64,000 bases of DNA, taken from the IMG/VR virus record IMGVR_UViG_3300013132_000038. The stretch is one strand, 5' to 3'. Positions 49,920 through 60,057 of this stretch are shown in pieces. Under the pieces are notes generated by a model that saw only the letters and a program-made list of their open reading frames with translations, did not search any database and was not told where the DNA came from. Source of the stretch: an uncultured virus (IMG/VR IMGVR_UViG_3300013132_000038) (Duplodnaviria; Heunggongvirae; Uroviricota; Caudoviricetes). The position numbers and the translations under genes are program-made. The first letter of the stretch is position 1. Each line of letters begins with the position of its first letter.

Positions 49920-50492
49920 ATGGCAGGATTACCACATTATACAAGTTCTAAAGCTTCGATTAACAAGTTTGAACCTGTTTTCCTTAACCAGTTTGAGGTT
50001 ATCATTACACCTCCAGCTGCTATTCCGGTCCAGGCTGGAAATCCAGGAAGTTCTAATATATTGTTAGAGCAGGTAACAAACGTGACCGGATTACAGGTAG
50101 ACCAGAACCCTTCGGAAGTTACTCAACAGTATAAATTTGCTAAAAGGTACTATTCTGGAGCAGCTCCTCAGAGGACTGGATTAGATGTTGGTATGGGATT
50201 TGAAATTAACCTTAACGAAAATAACTCCATGTACGTTTTTAAAACTCTTCGCCAGTGGTCTGATTTAATTTACAATCCACTAACTGGAGCTATGGGACTT
50301 AAAAAAGATTATACTGGAAATATATTAATTAATGTTTTCAACAAGCAGGGAGATATTTTTAGAAAGATAAATCTTAGAGATTGTTTCCCGATGTCAGCTA
50401 TACCAGAAATGGCGCTCAACTATACTCAAACTGCTATTTATAAAATAGATATCACTTGGGCAGTTGATTATTTTGAAGACGTGTTTATATAA
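49920..50492 (+). CDS. tail tube protein 1 (gp19-like)
   Basis: EPV.LNQFEV, WSDL.YNPLTG, CFP; follows the sheath gene. Confidence 0.8.
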   Translation: MAGLPHYTSSKASINKFEPVFLNQFEVIITPPAAIPVQAGNPGSSNILLEQVTNVTGLQVDQNPSEVTQQYKFAKRYYSGAAPQRTGLDVGMGFEINLNENNSMYVFKTLRQWSDLIYNPLTGAMGLKKDYTGNILINVFNKQGDIFRKINLRDCFPMSAIPEMALNYTQTAIYKIDITWAVDYFEDVFI

Positions 50493-50503
50493 AAATTAAA
50501 AAA

Positions 50504-51082
50504 ATGGCAGGATTACCACATTTTACATCGGCAAAAGCAGCAGTACAACTATACGAACCAGTATATCTTAACCAATTTGAGGTTATTATACAACCTCCTG
50601 CTGGTGTTGTGAATGAACAAGGAAACGGAGGTAGAACACTTTTAGTAGAAAACGTTTTATCTGTTACTGGTTTAAGTGTTGATAAAAACCCACAGCCAGC
50701 AGAACAAAGATACAAATTTACCAAAAGAAGATACGCGGGAGGTATGGTAGATGATACTGGGGTTAGGGTGAGAATTGAATTCGAAACAAACCTTAATGAT
50801 AATAATAGCAACTATGTTTTTAAAACATTACGTCAGTGGTCTGATTTAGTTTATAATCCACTAACAGGGGCTATGGGAATAAAATCTACTTATGCTGGGG
50901 GAACTTATATTCTTGTCTCTATATTCAATAAGCAGGGTGATGTATTTAGAAGAATTAAATTACTAAACTGCTTCCCTGTTGATCAGATCAAATCTTTAGA
51001 TCTTGATTACAGTAACGGTACCACTCCTTATAAAATAGCTTTATCCTTTAGAGCTGATTATTTCGAAGACGTTTTTAATTAA
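50504..51082 (+). CDS. tail tube protein 2 (paralog)
   Basis: Clear paralog of 49920..50492. Confidence 0.8.
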   Translation: MAGLPHFTSAKAAVQLYEPVYLNQFEVIIQPPAGVVNEQGNGGRTLLVENVLSVTGLSVDKNPQPAEQRYKFTKRRYAGGMVDDTGVRVRIEFETNLNDNNSNYVFKTLRQWSDLVYNPLTGAMGIKSTYAGGTYILVSIFNKQGDVFRRIKLLNCFPVDQIKSLDLDYSNGTTPYKIALSFRADYFEDVFN

Positions 51083-51103
51083 TTTTATTTAACTTAATAT
51101 ATA

Positions 51104-51133
51104 AATGGAGGCTCAACAAAGTCTCCATTTTTT
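51104..51133 (+). terminator. intrinsic terminator
   Basis: ATGGAGGC...GTCTCCAT followed by T-run. Confidence 0.65.
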
Positions 51134-51423
51134 GTTTTTGGTTAAAACTAGAAATGTTAAATTAAAATAATATGGACGACGATTGTGAATCAAAAAAGCA
51201 GAACAAGAACGGCTTCAGTTTGTTTAGTTTTAGCAACTTTCTTCAATCCCTTCGGATTCGACATCCTTTTCGCTGCGATAATGAAATGGACAAATTCCTA
51301 CTGGCATACGGTAGCAATTTTCTACTTCCTTTCGGGACTTTTCTTTGGGCTTTATTTCTTTTTATCCTCAAGTAAGAAACTAAACACCAAAGAAAAGATA
51401 AAAGAGATATAAGAAGAAATAGT

Positions 51424-52461
51424 ATGGAACATAATATGGACGACGAATTGCTTAATCAGCTAGGCAGAAAAGAAGCGGAATCTAAATTTCAATATGATCA
51501 AGATCCAGACGTTGGATCATACACAATACCAGATTGGATAGATAAGGAAGTAAATGCCTCTCAGAATACTCAACCGGCTCAAAATCAAACAAATAACTTA
51601 GGAAAAGTAAATGTTACTAGAACCCCTATGGGTCTAGAGAATGATTGGAAAAACATACCAGTTAATAATTTACCTTCTAAGGGATTTGGATACCCTGAAG
51701 GATTTGAAATTGCTATAAAAGCTGCAGGCGTTAAGGAGATAAGACAATTCTCTACGGTTGATGAGGATGATAGAATAGATTTAGATGATAAATTAAATGC
51801 TATTCTTTCTAAGTGTATGAAGATAAGATGGAATGGGGGATTTTTAGAGCCATATGATCTTTGGTATGAGGATCGATTCTATATCATAATGTCTATCAGA
51901 GATATTACTTTTATAAGAGGAGAAAATAAAATATTGCTTCCTGTAACTAAAAACTGTACAAAGCCTGACTGCAATGTACCGGATATGTTAGAATTAAGAT
52001 CTAACCTATTAGATAGCTTTGTGGTTGATCCTGAGATTCTTAAAAGATATAGCAGGGAAAGCTATTCGTTTAAATTTATACCTAAAGATGGAAGCCAAGA
52101 AATGGATCTTTATATTCCTACCGTCGGTGTTACTACTATATGTAGAAAAATACTAGCGGACAAAAGAAGAAAGGGAAAAAATTTCGACGAGAGTTTTGCT
52201 AAGGTTGCTTCTTTTATAATACCAGATTGGAGAGGATTAGATGAATCACTATACGATCAATATGAAAGGGCATCTACAGAATGGACACCACTCCAGTTTT
52301 CTATAGCTGACCAAATAACAGAGAAGATAAATTTTGCTACAAAATCAAGAATTTATAGTAAATGTGAGAGCTGTGAGGGGGAGGTCACAGCAGATATATC
52401 ATTTCCCGGAGGGTACAGATCTCTTTTCGTTATTTCAGATATCTTTAGCCAACTACTTTGA
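51424..52461 (+). CDS. baseplate hub assembly protein (gp26-like)
   Basis: LPSKG..YP, CxxxxC and CxxC, and G.RSLF end; follows tube genes. Confidence 0.6.
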   Translation: MEHNMDDELLNQLGRKEAESKFQYDQDPDVGSYTIPDWIDKEVNASQNTQPAQNQTNNLGKVNVTRTPMGLENDWKNIPVNNLPSKGFGYPEGFEIAIKAAGVKEIRQFSTVDEDDRIDLDDKLNAILSKCMKIRWNGGFLEPYDLWYEDRFYIIMSIRDITFIRGENKILLPVTKNCTKPDCNVPDMLELRSNLLDSFVVDPEILKRYSRESYSFKFIPKDGSQEMDLYIPTVGVTTICRKILADKRRKGKNFDESFAKVASFIIPDWRGLDESLYDQYERASTEWTPLQFSIADQITEKINFATKSRIYSKCESCEGEVTADISFPGGYRSLFVISDIFSQLL

Positions 52462-52639
52462 TATTAAGTTTAGGCTGTGGGAAGAATTTAAACTTTCTAT
52501 AGACACTTTAGAATCTCTTCCATTCTATGAATATCAGCTATTCATAGACAAGCTAAATGAAAAAATAGAAAGGGAGAATAAGAAAAACGAGCAAGGAGAC
52601 TTGGTAGAAGCATTTTCATTTTCAAAGCCAAAAAGATAG
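52424..52639 (+). CDS. baseplate hub assembly catalyst-like ORF without ATG, possibly reached by +1 frameshift
   Basis: SLANYFDIKFRL...LESLPFYEYQLFI resembles the small ORF after gp26 in T4-like phages. Confidence 0.5.
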   Translation, partial: FSLFQISLANYFDIKFRLWEEFKLSIDTLESLPFYEYQLFIDKLNEKIERENKKNEQGDLVEAFSFSKPKR

Positions 52640-52677
52640 CTTTTTGGCTTTTTAGGTATATAAAATAAAAATAAATT

Positions 52678-54471
52678 TTGGCAGGAGAAACAGGAATAAC
52701 AGGAGGATCAGAAGAATTTCCAGTATTTAAATCATCAGAGGGAGCTTTTGATAGAGCGAAGTATGATGAGCAAGAAAAAGCAATGGTCGAAAGTGACGGG
52801 GTAACTGCAAGAGCAACCGGAAAAGAGATAGACGATGATTTAAAAAAGAAAAAGGTGTCTGCAGAGGATGCTATAAAAAAAGCTAACAAATTTTACGATG
52901 ACTCATTCGATAAAAATTTAAAAGAAATAGATTCTGCTATATCTGATGAAAAAGATGTTTATTATGACAACGCTTACTCCGGTGCTCAATCAGATAAAAA
53001 TAAGATAAGGAGAACAATAGAAAAGGGAGAAGCCATAGACGGAAAAGAAATCTTTGAAATGTCTAAGAATTCTGCTAACAATAAAATAGGTAACATAAAA
53101 AAATTAAAAACTGGGAACGTAACGGAGATAGTACAGAATCTAGGATTTTCAACTATTAAAGAATTTGATTTATATGCGGATGTTAAAAGTGATTTCGATA
53201 GTAAGATCAAGGATGACAAATTAAAATTCGATGCTATGCTCGATAAATTATCTCCATTACTATATTATTTTAATGACAAGGGACCTACGGCTAGTCAGAA
53301 TTATTCTAAACTTTTTACTCCAGAAAACAATGCCATATTATCTGCTCTTGCTAGGATATTAAAAGAAGAAGGATTTGAAAGTGAAAGTGTTGTAAAGATG
53401 TCCGATAAATACAAAGAAAATTTAGACATACTTGCAGAAAAAGCTGTACCTCTCGAATCCAAAAAAATGGATAAGGACGGAAATATAGTTTCTGCTACCG
53501 GAGCTACTGGAGCTACTTCAGAACAAAAGTTAGAGGAAAAAAAACTAGCATCTGAAGCTGGTGCAACTGGTTCAGCTACGCTAGGAGAAACAGGTAGTGC
53601 AACTGGTGCAACAGGTCCAGTATCTACTGTAGAGAGCATTTCGTCGACCGGACCAAAGGCGGAGACATCTATGACTGGTCCTACTGCTACTACAAGCACA
53701 GAAAATTTAACAGCTAGAGGAACTACAGGTACTGCAGGTACTACGGGAACGGTAGGAACCACCGGTGCAGGAAACCAGGGAAAAATAGAGGACGTTAAAA
53801 CCGGTAATAACAATAAGGGTGCAACGGGAGGAGGACTTTCTGAACTTAGCCAATCCGCTAAAGGAATACTAGAAATGCTGGGTATAAAAGCACCTGCGTC
53901 TAAGGGAGGGGAGGGAGAAACTGGAGGAACTGGAGGAACTGGAGGAACTGGAGGAACTGGAGGAACTGCTGGTAATTCAAAAGCAGATAAAATTTTAGAG
54001 GAATTAGGAATTACTAAACCTAAAGATGCCGGAGGAGGGAAAACTGAGAATAAACCTAAAACTGAAAATAAAGAAACTAAGCTAGAAGAAAAAATTTCGG
54101 GAAATATGGACAAAAAAACCGAAACTTCTGTGGTTAATACGCCTATAAAAGAAACAGTAACACAAAACTTATCTAGTGTAGCGACACAAGGTACAGAAGC
54201 AAAGAATGAAAAGAAAGAAGAGGTAAAAACAGAAAACGTCGCAACTACTGAAAATAAAACGGAGGAGAAAAAACAAGAAACAACAAACGAAACAAAAACT
54301 GCGGAAATCCAACAAAAAGAATCTGAAGATAAAACAAAAAAAGAGGATCAAGATAAAATGAATAAAGAACTGGGAGACAACATGAAATCTATGGTAGCAT
54401 TACTAACCCAGTTAAATAACACTTTAAAAAATCCTCTAATGGTTATTTCTAACGATAAAAAATTCCATTAG
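52678..54471 (+). CDS. low-complexity tail-associated protein (tape-measure-like position)
   Basis: TTG start; G/T/A-rich and K/E-rich tracts. Confidence 0.45.
   Translation: MAGETGITGGSEEFPVFKSSEGAFDRAKYDEQEKAMVESDGVTARATGKEIDDDLKKKKVSAEDAIKKANKFYDDSFDKNLKEIDSAISDEKDVYYDNAYSGAQSDKNKIRRTIEKGEAIDGKEIFEMSKNSANNKIGNIKKLKTGNVTEIVQNLGFSTIKEFDLYADVKSDFDSKIKDDKLKFDAMLDKLSPLLYYFNDKGPTASQNYSKLFTPENNAILSALARILKEEGFESESVVKMSDKYKENLDILAEKAVPLESKKMDKDGNIVSATGATGATSEQKLEEKKLASEAGATGSATLGETGSATGATGPVSTVESISSTGPKAETSMTGPTATTSTENLTARGTTGTAGTTGTVGTTGAGNQGKIEDVKTGNNNKGATGGGLSELSQSAKGILEMLGIKAPASKGGEGETGGTGGTGGTGGTGGTAGNSKADKILEELGITKPKDAGGGKTENKPKTENKETKLEEKISGNMDKKTETSVVNTPIKETVTQNLSSVATQGTEAKNEKKEEVKTENVATTENKTEEKKQETTNETKTAEIQQKESEDKTKKEDQDKMNKELGDNMKSMVALLTQLNNTLKNPLMVISNDKKFH
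53920..53964 (+). repeat. tandem repeat (ACTGGAGGA)x5 coding Thr-Gly-Gly
   Basis: Read directly from sequence. Confidence 0.9.
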
Positions 54472-54770
54472 GGGGTTTACTTTTTGGTATCGATTTAATA
54501 TATTTGTGTAAAATAAACCTAAATAATAAATTATGAGTAAAAATTATGAAATTACGAAGGAGCTCAGATCAACATTGGTCGAGTTCTTAAATGCCTATGG
54601 AGGCTACAAAGAATGTTTGGAAAATTTAGAGAATGAAGAAAAAACAAATTTCACAGAGGACGAAGTAAATCAGTTACTTAATCTTCTTGGGGTATTTAGA
54701 CTTATGGACACTTTCCATATTGTAGAGAGATTCAAAATAGAAGTTACACCTCTTAAATCCCAAGAATCTG

Positions 54771-55208
54771 ATGATCAACCAGAGCCTATATCAGGACAAG
54801 CAGAATAAAGTCGACTCTCTCTATTTAAGGATGGCCAATGTTTGGTCAGAGAACTCTCACTGTAAAAGGAATAAAGTAGGATGCTTGATCATAAAGGACA
54901 GACAAATAATATCAGACGGATATAATGGAACACCCTCTGGATTTTCTAATGAATGTGAGGACTGCAATAACAACACGCTTCCTACTGTGTTACATGCAGA
55001 AGCCAACGCCATAACTAAAATAGCTAAGAGTACTAATAGTGCGGAGGGAGCTACTCTCTACGTGACTCTGTCCCCCTGTTTTGATTGCGCTAAGTTAATC
55101 ATACAAGCGGGAATAAAAAGAATTGTCTATTCTGAAACATACAGAAATACAGATTCTTTTAAACTTTTTGAGGAAGCAGGTATAGAAATAAAGAAAATAA
55201 GCATTTAA
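54771..55208 (+). CDS. dCMP deaminase
   Basis: GYNGTP, HAEANAI, LSPCFDC. Confidence 0.93.
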   Translation: MINQSLYQDKQNKVDSLYLRMANVWSENSHCKRNKVGCLIIKDRQIISDGYNGTPSGFSNECEDCNNNTLPTVLHAEANAITKIAKSTNSAEGATLYVTLSPCFDCAKLIIQAGIKRIVYSETYRNTDSFKLFEEAGIEIKKISI

Positions 55209-55222
55209 AAAAATAAGGTATT

Positions 55223-55846
55223 ATGGCAGTAAAAAATATTCAGGAATTGGCAGAAAGTTTTATGAGAACGTCTTCAGAGAAAGATTTTGTTGAATTATAT
55301 AAAAGAATTAAACCAGGACTACTAAATCATTGTAAGTCTATACTAATAGAGCAAGAAGCTGCAGAGGATGCTGTTTCTAACACTATGGCTAAAATATGGA
55401 CTAAAATATCCCAGTATGATCCCTCTAGAGGAAATTTTTCTACATGGGTATACAACATTGCAAGAAACGAATCACTCGGAATTAAAAAGAACGAGGATCG
55501 ATATTTACCAATGATACATGAAGTGGTACGGGGTAATGAAGAGTCAGAAGATTCATCGTATCCATCTATAACTTCGTCTCCAGTAACACTAGAAGCTGAA
55601 TTCGATTATATTAACACAGAGAATGATGAAATGGAAAATCTATACGATAACGTTATAGAGAAAATGGGAGATCTTCCAGAAATCTACAAAGACATTCTTT
55701 TCGATAGAGAAATTTTAAGAATGAAATATCAGGAAATAGCTGATAAGTATGGAATGAAAAAAAGAGCTATCGCAACAAGAATTAGAAGGGCGAGGTTAAA
55801 AGTTAGGGAGATGTTTCCTGGTGTTAATTTAACTTTTAATGATTGA
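55223..55846 (+). CDS. ECF-type sigma-70 factor
   Basis: AEDAV, YDPSRGNFSTWVYNIARN, region-4 YQEIAD...TRIRRAR. Confidence 0.88.
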   Translation: MAVKNIQELAESFMRTSSEKDFVELYKRIKPGLLNHCKSILIEQEAAEDAVSNTMAKIWTKISQYDPSRGNFSTWVYNIARNESLGIKKNEDRYLPMIHEVVRGNEESEDSSYPSITSSPVTLEAEFDYINTENDEMENLYDNVIEKMGDLPEIYKDILFDREILRMKYQEIADKYGMKKRAIATRIRRARLKVREMFPGVNLTFND

Positions 55847-56328
55847 TCGTAACTTTTCCTTATAGATAAATATAATTGATATGAAATATCCATTTAAAAG
55901 AGTTATAACGGACATTAAGAACTATTTCTTTATAAGAAAAACTATAAAGAAAAACAGAGAATCTATTGAGTGGGAAAGATTCAAACTAAGGGTAGATTGG
56001 ATAGGAAGGATATACACTGTGGTTAATCTTCCTCCTGAGGTTATTTATTCCCCAGATTCCCCTGAAGAGATTAGGCCTGCTTATATTTTAGAAGAGTCTA
56101 GACCCCTGAATGAATATCTTACCAAATTGAATCTTCAAGAGGTAATAATGCCAAATATATCTCCGATCCCTAATTCTTTTTCTTATCTGATAGTATATAG
56201 TCCTTATTTTCAAAGACTTTCAATCAGATGGATTATTTATAGGGTGATACTAATGCTCCTCTTAATTTGGCTCCAATATAAGTTTGGATTTATAAGCTGG
56301 ATTTTTGGGGGAATTAAATACTTATGGA

Positions 56329-57084
56329 ATGTTATCTTCTGACATACAAATAAACAGACAGGCTTTTCCTTGGGGTAGAGCTTATGTTGTAGAAGGAGCT
56401 GGTGAAGCTCCTTTAATTTTGCCCTCCGTTACAACTATCTTAAAATTAGTAAAGAACGAAAAATACGAAAAACTAAAGGATCAGTTTGGAGAAGATAGAT
56501 GGAATAAAATATTATATGATGCAGCAGAGAGAGGAACTGTTATGCACAGAATGCTTGAATTGTTTTTATTAGAATGGGCAAAAGAAGGAGATGTTGATAG
56601 ATCATTAAAAAAGGCACAGATATTTGCTATTGAGGAATCTAGGAAGGATGACGGAAAATATGCTAAATATGTAAATAAAGGTAGAGACCTGTTTTGGAAT
56701 TTTTATCACACTAACTTTTGGGAAGAAATAGAAGAAGTAGTAGACAATGAGGCTTTTCTTTACACAACGTTTAAAGGAGGATGGGCAGGAGCATGCGATT
56801 TTGTTTATAGAAATAAGGAGAACTATTTAATAGTTGACGATTTTAAATCATCTACATCACTTAAGGAAGAGGGTGATATATTAAGTTATAAATTACAGAT
56901 AGCTGCATATATGTTCATGTGTGCTGAAAAATATAACGAAATTCCTAAATTGGGCAGAATTAGAATTGCTAATGAACAAACTTCTGATATACAAACATTT
57001 ATTGTCCATGACTACGAATTGAAGGATTATTTAGCACAATTTATAGATCTTGCTAAAAAATTCAGAGAAATCCACAGTATATAA
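56329..57084 (+). CDS. PD-(D/E)XK exonuclease
   Basis: PSVTTIL, RGT.MH, AGACD, DDFKSS, QIAAY. Confidence 0.85.
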   Translation: MLSSDIQINRQAFPWGRAYVVEGAGEAPLILPSVTTILKLVKNEKYEKLKDQFGEDRWNKILYDAAERGTVMHRMLELFLLEWAKEGDVDRSLKKAQIFAIEESRKDDGKYAKYVNKGRDLFWNFYHTNFWEEIEEVVDNEAFLYTTFKGGWAGACDFVYRNKENYLIVDDFKSSTSLKEEGDILSYKLQIAAYMFMCAEKYNEIPKLGRIRIANEQTSDIQTFIVHDYELKDYLAQFIDLAKKFREIHSI

Positions 57085-57642
57085 GAAACTTATCAATTAT
57101 TAATCACTATAAAATAAAAAATAAAAATGGCAAATAAAAAATCAGAATCAGTAATGGAAGCTCAAAATGAAGCAGTACTTGAAAAATTTATTAGTAATGT
57201 TGATACTGAAAAAGTAGATTCCATTAAAAAAGACTTAGAAAATTATAAAAGCAGTCTGAAGGACAAAGAATATGCTGTCTCTATGAGCAAAGAACTTTTA
57301 AGAAGATTCCAGAGGTTCATGAACGAGGAAGTAGAGTGGAGATCTAAAGAAGCCCTTGGTGTTATTGAAATTCTAAAAAGAATAGAGGCGGTAAAAAAAG
57401 AAGGTATCAAAGATGGTGTGGCATATTTTACAAACCTTGAAATTGAAGCCTCTCATTATTTTTTAATGAAATGGAGCAGCAAAGGATCATCAGACATTAA
57501 CGACTTTATTTCACTATGGAAAACGTTTGAAGAGAGTCTTACACTAATTCAGCAAGATAATATTGTTCTTAAGGATCTAGAAAAACAACTAGCTGCAGCA
57601 GAGCAAGGAATTGAACTGGAATAAAAAACCATAAAATAGATA

Positions 57643-57673
57643 AAAAGACCAGGATTACACCTGGTCTTTTTTT
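57643..57673 (+). terminator. intrinsic terminator
   Basis: AAAGACCAGG-ATTACA-CCTGGTCTTTTTTT. Confidence 0.75.
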
Positions 57674-57691
57674 GTGGATATATACTTAAGT

Positions 57692-58924
57692 ATGAAAAAT
57701 AAATTATTACCTTGGATAATAGCATTATCTGCTTTATCTGTTTCTGGATCGGCTGCTTTTTATTCAGTATCTGGCTTGGGTAAAATGTTTGCCGGAGCAT
57801 CTTTACAGGTTATGGTTTTAGCCGGAAGTTTAGAATTTGCAAAACTAGTTACTGCTTCCCTCCTATATCAATATTGGAGAAAGCTTAATTTGGGACTAAA
57901 GGTTTATCTTTCCTTAGCAACTGTTATATTAATAATTATAACATCTGCTGGTATATATGGGTTTCTATCTTCAGCTTACCAAGAAACATCATTCAAAGTT
58001 CAAAACCAGGATAAAAATATAGAGATTCTGGATAAAAATATTTCCATAATACAGACCGAAATAAAGAACTTCGAATCCCAAATAAATCAAAAAAGCGACA
58101 GGTTAGGTCAGTTAACAACAATAAGGACAAATCTTCAATCGACGCAAGACGTTCTTATAGAGAAATCAAAATCAACTAATGCTGTTAGACAACAAATAAA
58201 AGAAGTCGAATCTGAAATAAAAAGAATGGATTCAGAAATATCAGTGTTAAATGATTCAATATCATCTAAAAATACAAGAGTATCATCTATAGAACAACAA
58301 AAGTTAGGGATATCGTCCAATGCAGATCTTGCTAAGGAGGTAGGTCCTCTAAAGTATATTTCAAAATTAACAGGGAGTGACATAGACAATGTGGTTAACT
58401 GGTATATAATTGTGTTAATGCTTGTTTTTGATCCGCTAGCTATTGCTTTAGTTATTGCAGCAAACTTTGCATTTGAGATAAATGAAAAGAGAGATAAAAA
58501 AGAGGAAGAAATGAAAGAAAAAGAAGATGGAGTGATAAAAAGACTATGGTCTAAAATAACAAGATGGAGAACTAAGAGTAAGGACACAGAAAAAGAAATT
58601 ATTGTGTCTCAAGAAGTAAAAGCACCAGAAGAAGATCGGATCGATACAAATACTGATGATATAATAGCTTCTGATAATCAGTTAGATTTATTTGATACTA
58701 CTCCAGAAGTCACTGTTCAAGAAGTTAAAGAAAAAGTATTGGATAATGATGATAAAAATTCAGGGAATAAAATAGAGGAACAGGATAAATATAATACTGA
58801 TCAAAACAACAGCGAGAGAGTAAAAAGTAGCAGAGATAAATTCAGGGGAAATCCTGATATTAAAAGCTCTAGAGAAGGAATCAGAAATAATACAGGGGAC
58901 ACAAATCCCTTAAATTTAAGATGA
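57692..58924 (+). CDS. membrane-anchored coiled-coil protein
   Basis: N-terminal TMs (AAFYSV.GL, LE.AK, TSAGIYGFLS), coiled coil, EVGPLKY, VFDPLA. Confidence 0.65.
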   Translation: MKNKLLPWIIALSALSVSGSAAFYSVSGLGKMFAGASLQVMVLAGSLEFAKLVTASLLYQYWRKLNLGLKVYLSLATVILIIITSAGIYGFLSSAYQETSFKVQNQDKNIEILDKNISIIQTEIKNFESQINQKSDRLGQLTTIRTNLQSTQDVLIEKSKSTNAVRQQIKEVESEIKRMDSEISVLNDSISSKNTRVSSIEQQKLGISSNADLAKEVGPLKYISKLTGSDIDNVVNWYIIVLMLVFDPLAIALVIAANFAFEINEKRDKKEEEMKEKEDGVIKRLWSKITRWRTKSKDTEKEIIVSQEVKAPEEDRIDTNTDDIIASDNQLDLFDTTPEVTVQEVKEKVLDNDDKNSGNKIEEQDKYNTDQNNSERVKSSRDKFRGNPDIKSSREGIRNNTGDTNPLNLR

Positions 58925-59505
58925 TAGGAAAAGTTTATACAACAGATCAAAGGTATGTAAAATATCTAGAATGCAATCCTGCTGTTTATAGGAGGGTTTA
59001 TTTCCAGTCTTGTAATTTAGACGTAAAAGAGGGTTCGAATATTCTTACCACTGTCTCCCTCTGTGATTTTAAACTAGAATCGCTAGGAAGCTCAGAATTA
59101 GGTGGATGTGGAGGGTCTGGTAAAAAAACTGCAACTTTAGGTCCATTAGGAACATACACGTTAACCTCTCCTGAAATCGGGCAAGCACAAGGAGAAGTGC
59201 AAATGATAGTAGTTAAAGTCAGGTATGAAAAATCATGGGTAGAAGAGGAAAGATATTTAAACTGGGAATACAAAGGAAACATATATCCTTTGCACACCTT
59301 GATGGTGCTAACCGGAAGAACTGAGGCAGAAATACCATGGCAAGGATGGGATCTTAGCTATTATTCAAATAACCCACCTAGCCCAGATTTTAGTCCTCAG
59401 CCATACCCAGTAATAACTTCGCCTAATCTTTCTTTTGGGGGAATACTTTTCAGCAATCCCAATGATTCAAAAAGTGCTGAACTAGAAATATTTATTTTTA
59501 ACTAA
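58921..59505 (+). CDS. hypothetical structural protein, paralog of 59505..59996
   Basis: Shared FQ.CNL, SLCD, LTG, GWDL, GG....NP motifs. Confidence 0.55.
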   Translation: MIGKVYTTDQRYVKYLECNPAVYRRVYFQSCNLDVKEGSNILTTVSLCDFKLESLGSSELGGCGGSGKKTATLGPLGTYTLTSPEIGQAQGEVQMIVVKVRYEKSWVEEERYLNWEYKGNIYPLHTLMVLTGRTEAEIPWQGWDLSYYSNNPPSPDFSPQPYPVITSPNLSFGGILFSNPNDSKSAELEIFIFN

Positions 59506-59996
59506 TGGCTACACCACCCCTAGTATGTGATCCAATCCAATTTGAAGGAGCTATTTTTCAAAGATGTAATCTTCAGGTTATTAGAGGAACAACTGTTATT
59601 AAAGAGATGAGCCTCTGTGATACAATCATCGAAATTGGAAATTACTCAAGTTTTAGTGGATGTGTGTACGGAAATTCAAGTCTAGTTTTAAACTCTGAGG
59701 GAATGGGGGAACTCTGTTTTATAATGATTAAAGCATCATATCCTACTACACTACCAGTTTCTAGTAGATTTATAAACATAATATACAATGGTGCATACCT
59801 TCCTATGTCAAATCTTACTATATTAACAGGAAATCCTTCCGATTTATCACCATATACGAATAACAGGGGATGGGACTTAGATCCGAACGGTAGCGACATA
59901 GAATCGCCATTTTTTAGCAATGGAGGGATGATTCTTTATAATCCGCATTCGGTTAGAGTAAACGTGGATGTTATTTTAGGCGGGAGTATTCAATGA
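59505..59996 (+). CDS. hypothetical structural protein, paralog of 58921..59505
   Basis: Same shared motifs. Confidence 0.55.
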   Translation: MATPPLVCDPIQFEGAIFQRCNLQVIRGTTVIKEMSLCDTIIEIGNYSSFSGCVYGNSSLVLNSEGMGELCFIMIKASYPTTLPVSSRFINIIYNGAYLPMSNLTILTGNPSDLSPYTNNRGWDLDPNGSDIESPFFSNGGMILYNPHSVRVNVDVILGGSIQ

Positions 59997-60057
59997 GAGA
60001 TAAAAATACATAGAAAGTTTAATTAAGTAAGATATATACTAAAAAAGCGAATAACAA

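Noticed and set aside
53301..54113. 270-aa minus-strand ORF
   Set aside because: Antisense shadow of a low-complexity plus-strand gene
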